From: a bacterium
GTDB lineage: Bacteria > CLD3 > SB21
Reading direction: 5' to 3'
Assembly: GCA_013360215.1 (NCBI GenBank)
Contig: JABWCP010000031.1
Location: 1-43,529 of the forward strand
Length of the DNA: 43,529 nt
How positions within the stretch are numbered: position 1 is the first letter of the stretch; every line of letters starts with the position of its first letter. Below are positions 8,708 through 18,081 of the stretch, one piece after another. A program made the position numbers and the translations under genes. Below the pieces are notes generated by a model, which was not told the DNA's origin, made no database searches, and was given only the letters and a program-made list of their open reading frames with translations.

Positions 8708-9790
8708 TTATTTAACACCTTTGACGATAAAATAGGATGCGAGTCGCACGCCCTGATGATGCCCCAGCCAACGAATGCCGGTGTCTAATAATCGCGCTAT
8801 CGCGCGACGCACCGTCGGGTGCGGATGACCATAAAAGCCGGAATAAACCGTCGTTTCAAATCCCGCTTCTTTCAAGGCATGAGCGTATACCTGCGGTTCC
8901 AAAAGCCGGTCCGCCCAGTTTCCGTTGCCCGGATCGCACGTATTGGTAGGATGGTCCGGTTTAGGTGGCATACGACCTTCCGTTTTAAAAATTTCCACCG
9001 TTGCGCGAATGTCCTCCGCTTTCATACCGCGTGTGCGCTCCGCTAATTCATATATCGTTTCTTTCTTCAAATCCGAATTTTCAGCGCCGATCATTTCGGC
9101 TCTGATGCGACGATAGGAACGTAAATCATCCCGATCTTTGTGACCCCATTCGGCTTTACGATCCTCGAGTTCGACACGACGTTGACTGGCTTGCAGTGAA
9201 CGGCGAATAGCCGGATTGAGCGGATTGGCATGCGTTGACATGACCAATGACATCGCTTTAGAAGGCAACACCGCGGCTTGTTTAAAAAATAGTTCATGCC
9301 GATAAATGTGTTCCAACACATCGCATGACACAAACGCATCGCAATTTATTTTTTCGCGTTCAAGAAACTGATGAATCGCATCCAGATCGCCGCATACGAA
9401 ATCATTGATAGGGATTTGCCAAAGCTCCGAAAGTTTTCGTACGTCTTGTACGGATGTTTCAAAAATATCATTATACACGACGCGCCCCACACCGGCTGCT
9501 TTGGCTATGCACGAAAGCAAACCGCATCCCCCGCCGAAATCAACCAAAGTACAACGCGCAATGTCATCCTGTTTCTCCAATGCGAGTGCAAGTATATACA
9601 CATATTTCTGAAACGTCGGCGTCAATTTTGCAGTATATTTTTTTAAATACCTTTTATTGTAGTCCGATACGGGCACGGCAGACCAATCCATCGTTTTCAG
9701 TCGCTCGGCTACCACTTCCGCGCCGCGGTTGAGTTGCGTCAATAGGTCGGTGTTATTTTTAACCGGCAATCCCGGAAAAACAAATCGCAT
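8708..9790 (-). CDS. Class I SAM-dependent methyltransferase
   Basis: LVDFGGGCG motif I, YNDI, DVLEHIY. Confidence 0.8.
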   Translation of the reverse strand: MRFVFPGLPVKNNTDLLTQLNRGAEVVAERLKTMDWSAVPVSDYNKRYLKKYTAKLTPTFQKYVYILALALEKQDDIARCTLVDFGGGCGLLSCIAKAAGVGRVVYNDIFETSVQDVRKLSELWQIPINDFVCGDLDAIHQFLEREKINCDAFVSCDVLEHIYRHELFFKQAAVLPSKAMSLVMSTHANPLNPAIRRSLQASQRRVELEDRKAEWGHKDRDDLRSYRRIRAEMIGAENSDLKKETIYELAERTRGMKAEDIRATVEIFKTEGRMPPKPDHPTNTCDPGNGNWADRLLEPQVYAHALKEAGFETTVYSGFYGHPHPTVRRAIARLLDTGIRWLGHHQGVRLASYFIVKGVK

Positions 9791-9904
9791 AATACAGATA
9801 TTCCTTTTTTAAAATCGTCTATGATAATTAATGTCGCAGAAAATGGCGTGATTCGCAAGAATGTATTTCACTGCGTCGATATGAATTATGAATGCAAATT
9901 ATAT

Positions 9905-9938
9905 TTGTAAGTATGGCTGTTTTTGATAAATTGCGCGC
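9905..9938 (+). promoter_or_regulatory. Candidate sigma70 promoter for the M48/ABC-F operon
   Basis: TTGTAA-16nt-TAAATT followed by GCGCGC; 11/12 identical to the -10 region at 15440. Confidence 0.4.
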
Positions 9939-9973
9939 GCATGAAAGGAATAAACAACTATATGCATGCGACA

Positions 9974-11071
9974 ATGGACGATCGAAAATCCTACAATCGC
10001 CAAAAACTGTGGCTCGGCATACTATCCGGTGTATTGAGTTTTTGTGTATTGATCGCGGTTTTTTTTTCCGGTTTGTCAGATACGTTGGCCCGATGGGTGA
10101 TGTCGCAAACGGAGCAACCCTATATACAATTTCTGCTGTATCTATTTACTCTGGGTTTATTGCAAAGCATCGTCACTTTTCCTTTGAGTTTTTATAACGG
10201 ATATATTTTAGAGCACCGATACCGTTTATCCAATCAGTCATTCAAACAATGGTGTGTTGAAAATGTAAAAGGCTTGACGCTGGGTATCGTGATCGGCGTC
10301 CCTTTACTTTTGATCTTTTTTTACACGCTCCGCAACTTTGGATTTTGGTGGTGGCTGCCTTTGGCCGGCGTATTGTTTTTATTCTCCGTTTTGTTAGCGC
10401 GCATTGCCCCGACGTTGATTTTTCCCTTGTTCTATACGTTTAAACCGGTCGAAAAAACAGCGCTCGTCGAGCGCATCACCCGCTTGTGCTTAAAAGCCGG
10501 TTTGCAAGTCCAGGGGGTATTCGAATTTAATCTTAGTAAAACCACCAAAAAAGCCAACGCGGCTTTTGCCGGTATCGGGAAATCCAAACGTATTTTGCTG
10601 GGCGATACGCTGTTAGAACAATTTTCTGACGATGAAATCGAAGTTGTTTTCGCTCACGAAGCCGGTCACTACGCGCACCGCCACATTACCAAAGGCATGA
10701 TCTGGGGCATCCTTTCTACATTCGGCGGACTTTGTTTGACAGCCTTCGTATATGATAATTTATTTCCTATTTTTGAATATACGGATCGCGCGGAATTGGG
10801 CGCATTGCCTCTCATTGCTATCCTGCTGAGTCTATACAACGTTATCACTACACCGGCCGGCCATATTCTCAGTCGTCGGCATGAACGCGAAGCGGACGCG
10901 TATGCACTGCGTGAAACCAAAAACCGTGCGGCTTTTATTTCAGCCATGCAGCGTTTGTCGGATACCAATCTTGCGGATGAGAATCCGCATCCGCTGGTGG
11001 AATGGTATTTTTATTCACATCCCGCGATCGGCAAACGCATTGCCTCCGCGGAAACGATGATATTGGAATAG
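9974..11071 (+). CDS. M48 family metallopeptidase (Ste24/CAAX protease-like)
   Basis: Multiple TMs; KANAAFAGIGKSKRILLGDTL; HEAGH zinc motif; EREADAYA; YSHP; start probably ATG 9974. Confidence 0.92.
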   Translation: MDDRKSYNRQKLWLGILSGVLSFCVLIAVFFSGLSDTLARWVMSQTEQPYIQFLLYLFTLGLLQSIVTFPLSFYNGYILEHRYRLSNQSFKQWCVENVKGLTLGIVIGVPLLLIFFYTLRNFGFWWWLPLAGVLFLFSVLLARIAPTLIFPLFYTFKPVEKTALVERITRLCLKAGLQVQGVFEFNLSKTTKKANAAFAGIGKSKRILLGDTLLEQFSDDEIEVVFAHEAGHYAHRHITKGMIWGILSTFGGLCLTAFVYDNLFPIFEYTDRAELGALPLIAILLSLYNVITTPAGHILSRRHEREADAYALRETKNRAAFISAMQRLSDTNLADENPHPLVEWYFYSHPAIGKRIASAETMILE

Positions 11072-11076
11072 CATCT

Positions 11077-13005
11077 ATGTTACAGCTTGTCAATCTTACG
11101 GTCGAATTTGGCGGACGCACGTTATTTTCTAACCTCACATGGAAGATCAATGATCGCGACCGCGTGGCCTTGATCGGTCCCAACGGGGCCGGAAAATCCA
11201 CACTTCTCAAAATCATCGCGCGTCAGCAATCGGCAACAAGCGGCGCCATCGCCCAACCCAAACATTTGCGCGTCGGATATTTGCCCCAGGACGGATTGCA
11301 TGCCCACGGTAAGCCGCTTCTCGAAGAAGTCGTATCGGCATTTGATGAAATCGTTCGTATCAAACAAAGACTCGATGAATTGGAACATGCTTTGCACACT
11401 CTGGATCACGAAGCGCCGGCCTATGCCAGAGCATTGGACGAATACGGACATCTGCATCAGCGCTTAGATGATATGGGCGCGGCCTCCGCCGAATCTAAAG
11501 CCGCCAAAATTCTGAACGGTCTCGGTTTTAAAGAAAGCGAATTTGATAAACTGTGCGAACTTTTTAGCGGCGGTTGGCAAATGCGTATCGCCTTAGCTAA
11601 GCTTCTTTTGCAAAACCCCGATGTATTATTGCTTGACGAACCGACAAACCATTTGGACATTGACTCCATCGAATGGCTGGAGGAATACATCAAAAATTAT
11701 GAAGGCGCCATTTTTATGGTGTCGCATGATCGTTATTTTATAGATAATGTTTGCAACCGTATCGTCGAACTCGAACGCCAAACGTTGACCGATTATGTAG
11801 GTTCTTACGACGACTATGAAGAACAGAAAGCATTGGCTGAAGAACAACTTCTCGCGGCGTACGAACGCCAGCAGGATGAAATAAAGCGTGTTCAGCTTTT
11901 TATTGATCGCTTCCGTTATAAGGCGACCAAAGCCCGCCAAGCGCAGAGTCGCGTCAAGATGCTGGAACGCATGGACCGCATTCAATTGCCTGAGGAAGAA
12001 AAACGGGCCATCCAGTTTCGGTTCCCTCAACCGATCAAAAGCGGACGGGTCGCGCTTGAGATCGCTGGAATACAAAAATCGTACGACGGACGACCGATTC
12101 TCAAAGGTATCGAATTTGCTCTTGAGCGCGGCGAAAAAGTAGCCCTTGTCGGTCCTAACGGCGCCGGTAAATCAACGCTGTTGCGTATCATCGCGGGCGA
12201 TGAAACGCCGGATACGGGTACGATCAAGCACGGTTACAATGTTACGATGGAATATTTTGCACAGCAGCAGTCCGATAAACTGGACATGACGCGCAGTGTG
12301 TATGAAGAAATCGCTTCGGCGGCAACGAATCAACCGCCCCTACTACTGCGTACCATCTTAGGCGCCTTTCTTTTTTCTGGCGATGATATCAATAAAAAAG
12401 TCAAAGTGCTCAGCGGTGGAGAACGCTCGCGTCTCGCCTTTGCCAAAATGCTTCTCAATCCGGCAAATTTTATCATTTTGGATGAACCGACCAATCACAT
12501 TGACGCACAATCCAAAGAAATTCTGCAGGGTGCGCTCACTGATTATGAAGGCACATTGCTCATCGTCTCCCACGATCGCTATTTTTTGGAAAGCCTTGTC
12601 ACAAAGGTCATAGAGGTGCGCGAAGGGCATGCTAAAATTTACCCCGGAACATTTGCTGAATATCACGAACGCAAAGTCAAAGAGCACGCCGAAGCCGCTG
12701 CGCGCGAATCTATCGCTGAAGTAAAAGTAAAACCGATTGTTTCAAAGCCTGAACGCGAGGTTAAAAAAGAACCGGTCAAAGCCGACCAACAAGCCAAACG
12801 TAAACGCGAAAAACAATTGGGCCAAATCGAAAGCGATATTCAAAAAGCCGAAACCCAAAAAATCGAAATCGAAGCTCAGTTAGCCGATCCGCTGCTATAT
12901 AAAAACCCGGATCGTCAAAAAACGGTCCAATCCGAATACAATGCTTTGCATGCACGTATCACGGCGCTGTATGAAGAGTGGAATGCCCTCGCTGCCGAGC
13001 TGTGA
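11077..13005 (+). CDS. ABC-F family ribosome-associated ATPase (YheS/Uup-like)
   Basis: Two ABC domains (GPNGAGKST twice, FSGGWQMR and LSGGERSR, DEPTNH twice), no TMs, KATKARQAQSR linker, C-terminal coiled coil; start ATG 11077. Confidence 0.93.
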   Translation: MLQLVNLTVEFGGRTLFSNLTWKINDRDRVALIGPNGAGKSTLLKIIARQQSATSGAIAQPKHLRVGYLPQDGLHAHGKPLLEEVVSAFDEIVRIKQRLDELEHALHTLDHEAPAYARALDEYGHLHQRLDDMGAASAESKAAKILNGLGFKESEFDKLCELFSGGWQMRIALAKLLLQNPDVLLLDEPTNHLDIDSIEWLEEYIKNYEGAIFMVSHDRYFIDNVCNRIVELERQTLTDYVGSYDDYEEQKALAEEQLLAAYERQQDEIKRVQLFIDRFRYKATKARQAQSRVKMLERMDRIQLPEEEKRAIQFRFPQPIKSGRVALEIAGIQKSYDGRPILKGIEFALERGEKVALVGPNGAGKSTLLRIIAGDETPDTGTIKHGYNVTMEYFAQQQSDKLDMTRSVYEEIASAATNQPPLLLRTILGAFLFSGDDINKKVKVLSGGERSRLAFAKMLLNPANFIILDEPTNHIDAQSKEILQGALTDYEGTLLIVSHDRYFLESLVTKVIEVREGHAKIYPGTFAEYHERKVKEHAEAAARESIAEVKVKPIVSKPEREVKKEPVKADQQAKRKREKQLGQIESDIQKAETQKIEIEAQLADPLLYKNPDRQKTVQSEYNALHARITALYEEWNALAAEL

Positions 13006-13032
13006 TTGTTTTCGATCTGAAAATTTTTTAAA

Positions 13033-13073
13033 AGTCAAAGCCCCGTAATACATGGTATTATCGGGGCTTTACT
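13033..13073. terminator. Intrinsic terminator hairpin between convergent ABC-F and comF, probably bidirectional
   Basis: AAAGCCCCG-TAATAC-atg-GTATTA-t-CGGGGCTTT with T-rich tails on both strands. Confidence 0.8.
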
Positions 13074-13166
13074 ATGAGGAGGAGAGGAAAACCATACGTT
13101 TGACCGTACAGTACTCTTCCAATACGTAATCATACAAGAAAAGTTGCCATCGGGATAAAACGGGTA

Positions 13167-13853
13167 TTAACCCAAGGTGGGACGGCCTACGGTAAGAACA
13201 AATACTTTTGAAGCACCGGCTTTTTTTAAAGCCGCAGCACAGGCATTTGCCGTGGATCCTGTCGTAATAATATCATCCACGAGGATCACGGATTGATCTT
13301 GTACGCTCGCATCAGCCTTCGCTATAAAAACCCCATCCACATTTTTGATACGATCTTCCGCCGTATTCATTTTCGTTTGTGACTCGGTGTGCCGAACGCG
13401 CTGCAAAGTTTCTACATACGATAAACCGGCCAATTGCCCCACGGCACGGGCTAGTAATTCGGCCTGATTGTATCCGCGTTCACGTTTACGAATGGGATTC
13501 AAAGGTATAGCGGTAATCCGTGTAGCTGTTTTTAACATCGGGTTAGTATGCACTATCGGCGCCAATCGGTCAGCAAACTTTGGAATCAGCGACAACGCAC
13601 GCTCGTATTTCAAAGCATGGATAGATTTCTGTAATACCTCATCATAATAATATCCCGCATGGATCGCATCGATCGCGTCGCATCGGAGTATTCCTTCATA
13701 ATCACTTTCGCCGACCGTTTTGAGAGCGTTCCAGCACGACGCGCAAATATGTTTGTCGGCAGGACCCAAACGTACTCGGCAAGCCAGGCAAGTTGAAGGA
13801 TAAAAAAAATCGGCCAGCCAATATAAGCTAATACGCAACGAGGCTAACATCAT
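13167..13853 (-). CDS. comF: ComF family protein (zinc ribbon plus PRTase-like domain)
   Basis: CLAC...CASC; IPL...RERGYNQAELLA; ILVDDIITTGST. Confidence 0.9.
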   Translation of the reverse strand: MMLASLRISLYWLADFFYPSTCLACRVRLGPADKHICASCWNALKTVGESDYEGILRCDAIDAIHAGYYYDEVLQKSIHALKYERALSLIPKFADRLAPIVHTNPMLKTATRITAIPLNPIRKRERGYNQAELLARAVGQLAGLSYVETLQRVRHTESQTKMNTAEDRIKNVDGVFIAKADASVQDQSVILVDDIITTGSTANACAAALKKAGASKVFVLTVGRPTLG

Positions 13854-14203
13854 ACACCCGCGAGTAAATCGTTAAGGCGTGCAGAAAATTGGGAACGCGG
13901 CATCACCGTATCGCAACCGGCTTCGGACGCCTTTTGTGCTAATTCAGTTTGTACATGCGAAAAAAAAGCAATGATAGGAATAGACATAGACACCGGATCC
14001 GCTTTGAGTAAACGGATCAAAGCAAACGGGTCTCTTTTTTGGATATTGAGATCTATAAAAATTTTACTATAGCTCTGCTTCAAAAATAAATCGTGGACAT
14101 TTTCATTCGCCTTATCCGCAACGACCATTTGAATGCCCAGCGCACGGGCTTGCGTTTTTATTTTGGACAAAAAAAGTATGTCTTCGACGAAGAGCAAAAT
14201 CAT
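13850..14203 (-). CDS. Single-domain atypical response regulator receiver
   Basis: FVED, IFIDLN, IPIIAFFSH, EAGCDTVMPRS; ATGA overlaps on both sides. Confidence 0.7.
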   Translation of the reverse strand: MILLFVEDILFLSKIKTQARALGIQMVVADKANENVHDLFLKQSYSKIFIDLNIQKRDPFALIRLLKADPVSMSIPIIAFFSHVQTELAQKASEAGCDTVMPRSQFSARLNDLLAGV

Positions 14204-15348
14204 GCGGATGGCATGGATGAAGGAATGAAAAACTTAAAAGTGCTGCCTTTACCTAATTCGCTTTCGGCCCATATTTTACCGCCGTGCGCTTCAACGGCGA
14301 GTTTGCAAAATGTCAATCCTAAGCCGCGATCCGACTTGAGCCCGCGTTGCTTGAGATCAACTTGTGAAAATTTTTCAAAAATCTTCTCAAGATATTCGGC
14401 AGGAATCCCTTCGCCGGTATCCGCCACCGCAAAATACATGCGATGTTCTGCCGCTTGCCATTCGCACGTCAGGGTCAGTTTCCCGCCTTTCTGACTGTGT
14501 TTGATGGCATTAAAAAGGAGGTTAGCAATGATGCGCATCAGTAAATCGCGATCCGCCCACACCATCACGTTATCGTCACGCAAGTGCATATCCATAACCA
14601 ACTGGTATTTTTCGATCATATATTCCAGTTCGCCGATATTGTGCATAAACACTTCTTTCACAGACACGGCTTCCGGGCGAATCACCAGTTTATTCTCCTC
14701 CATCCGGCTCACATCCAAAAGTTCCGTCACCATTTTGAGTAACGTACCGGTATTATCTTCCAGTTTTTTGAGAATAGAAACTTGTTTTTCGGTCATGTTC
14801 TCGCTCAGCATCGTGAGCAATTCGGTACATCCCATGATCCCGGTTAGCGGGTTTTTGAGATCATGAACGAGCATTTGCGTGAGCGATTCGCGCAAGTGCT
14901 GTAGTTGCAGAAGCTGGTCGTGTTTTTCTTCAAGTGCATCTTGATTGGTACGCAGTTCGTCATGCAAGTCTTTGATACGCATCAGGGAACGAATGCGCGA
15001 CATGAGTTCGGTATAGTTGATCGGTTTGGGCAAAAAATCATCAGCGCCGGCATCCAATGCGTGCGCTTCATCCTCCGGGCGCTGCAAGGCCGTAACCATG
15101 ACCACCGGCAGTAATGCCGTTTCCGGATTGGCCCGCAAGCGACGGCAGACTTCAAATCCGTCCATTTGCGGCATCATGGCATCGAGTAAAACAAGATCCG
15201 GAGATTCTGACGCAACAAGAGCCAACGCCTCTTCGCCGGAATGCGCTGTAATCGCAGCAAAGCCTTTACGAATGAGAAATTGACTTAGGAACCGAACGTT
15301 TAATTCCTCATCGTCAACGACTAATATTTGGTGATGTTGTTTTTTCAT
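14200..15348 (-). CDS. Cytoplasmic hybrid REC-histidine kinase
   Basis: REC (LVVDDE, LLDAMMP, KP); H-box HDLKNPL; N-box NLLFNAIKH; DTGEGI and GLGL; no TM; start probably ATG 15348. Confidence 0.92.
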   Translation of the reverse strand: MKKQHHQILVVDDEELNVRFLSQFLIRKGFAAITAHSGEEALALVASESPDLVLLDAMMPQMDGFEVCRRLRANPETALLPVVMVTALQRPEDEAHALDAGADDFLPKPINYTELMSRIRSLMRIKDLHDELRTNQDALEEKHDQLLQLQHLRESLTQMLVHDLKNPLTGIMGCTELLTMLSENMTEKQVSILKKLEDNTGTLLKMVTELLDVSRMEENKLVIRPEAVSVKEVFMHNIGELEYMIEKYQLVMDMHLRDDNVMVWADRDLLMRIIANLLFNAIKHSQKGGKLTLTCEWQAAEHRMYFAVADTGEGIPAEYLEKIFEKFSQVDLKQRGLKSDRGLGLTFCKLAVEAHGGKIWAESELGKGSTFKFFIPSSMPSA

Positions 15349-15416
15349 GAGACCGGACACAAGTGTACTAAGTTCGTACACGATAATCAAATAAATTTAC
15401 GAAAGCCCAAATCGTC

Positions 15417-15451
15417 TTGCGCCTATGTCGTATTCCGTTTATATTGCGCGC
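15417..15451 (+). promoter_or_regulatory. Candidate sigma70 promoter for the PASTA/glycan operon
   Basis: TTGCGC (15417) -17nt- TATATT (15440) followed by GC-rich GCGCGC. Confidence 0.55.
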
Positions 15452-15501
15452 ACGTATTTGTTTTTTTCATACACCAGTTTTTTTGTTTGATATACCACCC
15501 T

Positions 15502-16230
15502 ATGCGCCGATTATTTTATTCAGCATTTTATTTTTGCGTCATCGTTCTTTTTTTTGTTCTTTTACTGGATAAATGGCTGATGCCCATGTACGTGGATTTG
15601 GGCAAAGATATCGCCGTACCGGCCGTCACAGGGCTATCTTCGGAAATGGCACAAAAAAAACTTAGTGAATTAGGATTTTCGGTGGTACTAAAGCGCCGTT
15701 ATGATATCTCGGTAGCCCCTAACACGGTGATACAACAAAGCCCGGAAGCGCAAGCGTTGGTAAAAGCAGGTCGTCAGATTCATTTGGTTATCGCGGATGA
15801 CAATCAAACGGTCATCATGCCTTCGCTGACTTTATCCACATATCGTGATGCTGTTTTTAATTTACAATCTATCGGTCTTGCCATTGGCGTACTTGATTCG
15901 GCTTCGTCCAATGAATTTCCTCAGGGCGTTATACTCAAACAATCGATTGAACCCAACACCGTCGTTCGCCTGGGGCAATCTGTCGATCTTACAATAAGCC
16001 TTGGAAATAATATAACCGAATCCAAGGTACCTTTTTTGATCAACCTCAGCCTCAAAGATGCCACAGCTCGGATATCCGATTCCGGTCTGCGACTCGGAAA
16101 AATCGAACGTAAATTTTTGCCCGATTTGATACCTGATACGGTTGTCGGCCAATCGTTGGATTCGTCACTCGTCGTGACCCCACTGACAATCATTGATCTT
16201 ACCGTGAGTTCGACCGATAGTGAACTATAA
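15502..16230 (+). CDS. Stand-alone PASTA domain protein (N-terminal TM plus three PASTA repeats)
   Basis: VPAVTGLS...VIQQSP, MPSLTLS...ILKQSIEP, VPFLINLS...VVGQS repeats; start ATG 15502. Confidence 0.85.
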   Translation: MRRLFYSAFYFCVIVLFFVLLLDKWLMPMYVDLGKDIAVPAVTGLSSEMAQKKLSELGFSVVLKRRYDISVAPNTVIQQSPEAQALVKAGRQIHLVIADDNQTVIMPSLTLSTYRDAVFNLQSIGLAIGVLDSASSNEFPQGVILKQSIEPNTVVRLGQSVDLTISLGNNITESKVPFLINLSLKDATARISDSGLRLGKIERKFLPDLIPDTVVGQSLDSSLVVTPLTIIDLTVSSTDSEL

Positions 16231-17368
16231 ATTCCCAAAAAATCTCCGAAAATTTTGTTTCGTAACCGATGGATTTATTGCCGATCCGGCGGCAACCATT
16301 ACCGGACCCATGGTTCAAACTTATATCATAGGTAAAGAGCTTTCAAATCGTAATTGGGAAGTACACTACGTAGCCTATAATAAGTCCGGCATGCATGGCT
16401 ACATGATGCATGAAGGATTACATGTCCATTGGATAAAAGCACGTCGCTATTTACCCATGCTCAGTTTACCGTCTGTATGGATGGCGTTAATTCGTATCAA
16501 TCCGGACGTGCTGTATCAACGTGGGCGCGACATATTGACCGGCCTTATGGCTTTGTACGGCCTGATGTATGGTAAACGCACACTCTGGGCAAGTGCCGGC
16601 GAAACGGGTGTTGAGCGTAAAAAATATGCGTCCCAAAAAAATCGTCAAAAGGGTAATTTTATTCGTCGTTGGGTATTGCAAATCGAAGCACTGATCAACG
16701 ATACGATCTGTAACTTTGGTATGCGCCGCACTGACCAGATGATCGTACAAACAGCCTATCAACAACAACGTCTACTTGTTACTTATGCCCGTTCCTCGAC
16801 GATCATCAAATCCGGCCATCCCTTGCCTCCATCCGTTCAACGTGCCTTGCCTATAAAAGTACTATGGATCAGCAGCATCAAACCGGTCAAACGCGTTGAT
16901 TTGTTTTTAGATCTGGCTGATATGTGTAAAAATGAGCCCATCGAATTTTGGATTGCCGGGCAGATTGTGCACGATGAAACAGGTCATAAAATGCAAGAGC
17001 GCATTGCAAAGATGAACAACATTCGCTATCTTGGCGCCGTTCCGTTTGAACAAAGCAGCGTACTTATCGCGTCATCGCACATATTGGTCAATACGACCGA
17101 AATCGGTTATGAAGGATTACCGAACGCCTTTGTCCAAGCTTGGCTTGCCGGAACTGTTACATTGAGTCTGCATACCGATCCGGATGCCGTGATCATGAAA
17201 AATGACTTAGGCTACGTCAATCCGGGATTGGTACACTTAAAAGAAACGATACTCCGGTTTATTTTTGAATTTGCGGTATGGCACCGCCAAAGTAATGCGT
17301 GCCGCCAATATGCAGAAGAAAACTATTCAGTGGTTTCCATCGTCAATCAAATTGAGAAAACTTTATAA
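16220..17368 (+). CDS. Glycosyltransferase family 4
   Basis: KPVKRVDLF and EGLPNAFVQAW GT-B motifs; GTG start overlapping the PASTA gene. Confidence 0.85.
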   Translation: MNYKFPKNLRKFCFVTDGFIADPAATITGPMVQTYIIGKELSNRNWEVHYVAYNKSGMHGYMMHEGLHVHWIKARRYLPMLSLPSVWMALIRINPDVLYQRGRDILTGLMALYGLMYGKRTLWASAGETGVERKKYASQKNRQKGNFIRRWVLQIEALINDTICNFGMRRTDQMIVQTAYQQQRLLVTYARSSTIIKSGHPLPPSVQRALPIKVLWISSIKPVKRVDLFLDLADMCKNEPIEFWIAGQIVHDETGHKMQERIAKMNNIRYLGAVPFEQSSVLIASSHILVNTTEIGYEGLPNAFVQAWLAGTVTLSLHTDPDAVIMKNDLGYVNPGLVHLKETILRFIFEFAVWHRQSNACRQYAEENYSVVSIVNQIEKTL

Positions 17369-17382
17369 TTAAAGAAAACTTT

Positions 17383-18081
17383 ATGTCTAGTATTAGCGAA
17401 CAAAAACATCAACGGGTTGTCGAATTAGAAAATGAATTGCGCTCTGAAAATTTCAAACGACCACAGTATCGATATGGTATGGATCTGGTGAAAGCTACAG
17501 GACTAGCTAAAGGTCGTGTCATTGAGTTTGGCGGTGGTCGCGGTGAATTTAGCAGACTACTTAAAGACTACGGTTTTGAGGTCGTTTTTACCGATATCAA
17601 TCCGGCGAATGTCGAATTTGCAAAATCCATTGGATTTGAAGGATATGTCATTGACGCCAACAGCGGTATGGCGAATCAAAAAACCGATTCGTACGACGGC
17701 GCCGTTATGCTGGAAGTCATCGAACACGTTACCCAAGCCGAATTATTACTCAAAGAAACACATCGCATTTTAAAACCCGGCGGATTTCTCGTCTTAAGCA
17801 CGCCCAATCCGTACTTCCTATGGCGTCGTCTTTCTGTGCTTTTCGGTAAGCCTATAGACGGCGAAGGCTACCACTGGCGCTATTATACAGTGTATTCACT
17901 GGAATCCACTCTTCGCGAAAGCGGATTTACCATTGTTACGCATAATCACTACGCCTCCACGTTCGGCCTAGGTAAAATTCTGAAGCTTATCGGCTATACG
18001 AAGACATTTCGTTGGCCAAGATTTTTGCACGGTTTGTTGGTGAGAAAAATATATTTTTTAATGGAGAAACGTGATCATTAA
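17383..18081 (+). CDS. Class I SAM-dependent methyltransferase
   Basis: IEFGGGRG, LEVIEHV, RILKPGGFLVLSTPN. Confidence 0.88.
   Translation: MSSISEQKHQRVVELENELRSENFKRPQYRYGMDLVKATGLAKGRVIEFGGGRGEFSRLLKDYGFEVVFTDINPANVEFAKSIGFEGYVIDANSGMANQKTDSYDGAVMLEVIEHVTQAELLLKETHRILKPGGFLVLSTPNPYFLWRRLSVLFGKPIDGEGYHWRYYTVYSLESTLRESGFTIVTHNHYASTFGLGKILKLIGYTKTFRWPRFLHGLLVRKIYFLMEKRDH

Noticed and set aside
13074..13103. 9-codon ORF MRRRGKPYV after the terminator
   Set aside because: No RBS or promoter, and it lies just downstream of a terminator
13133..13149. Sigma54 promoter on the minus strand
   Set aside because: Spacing between the -24 and -12 elements is one base too long and the -12 reads TTGT
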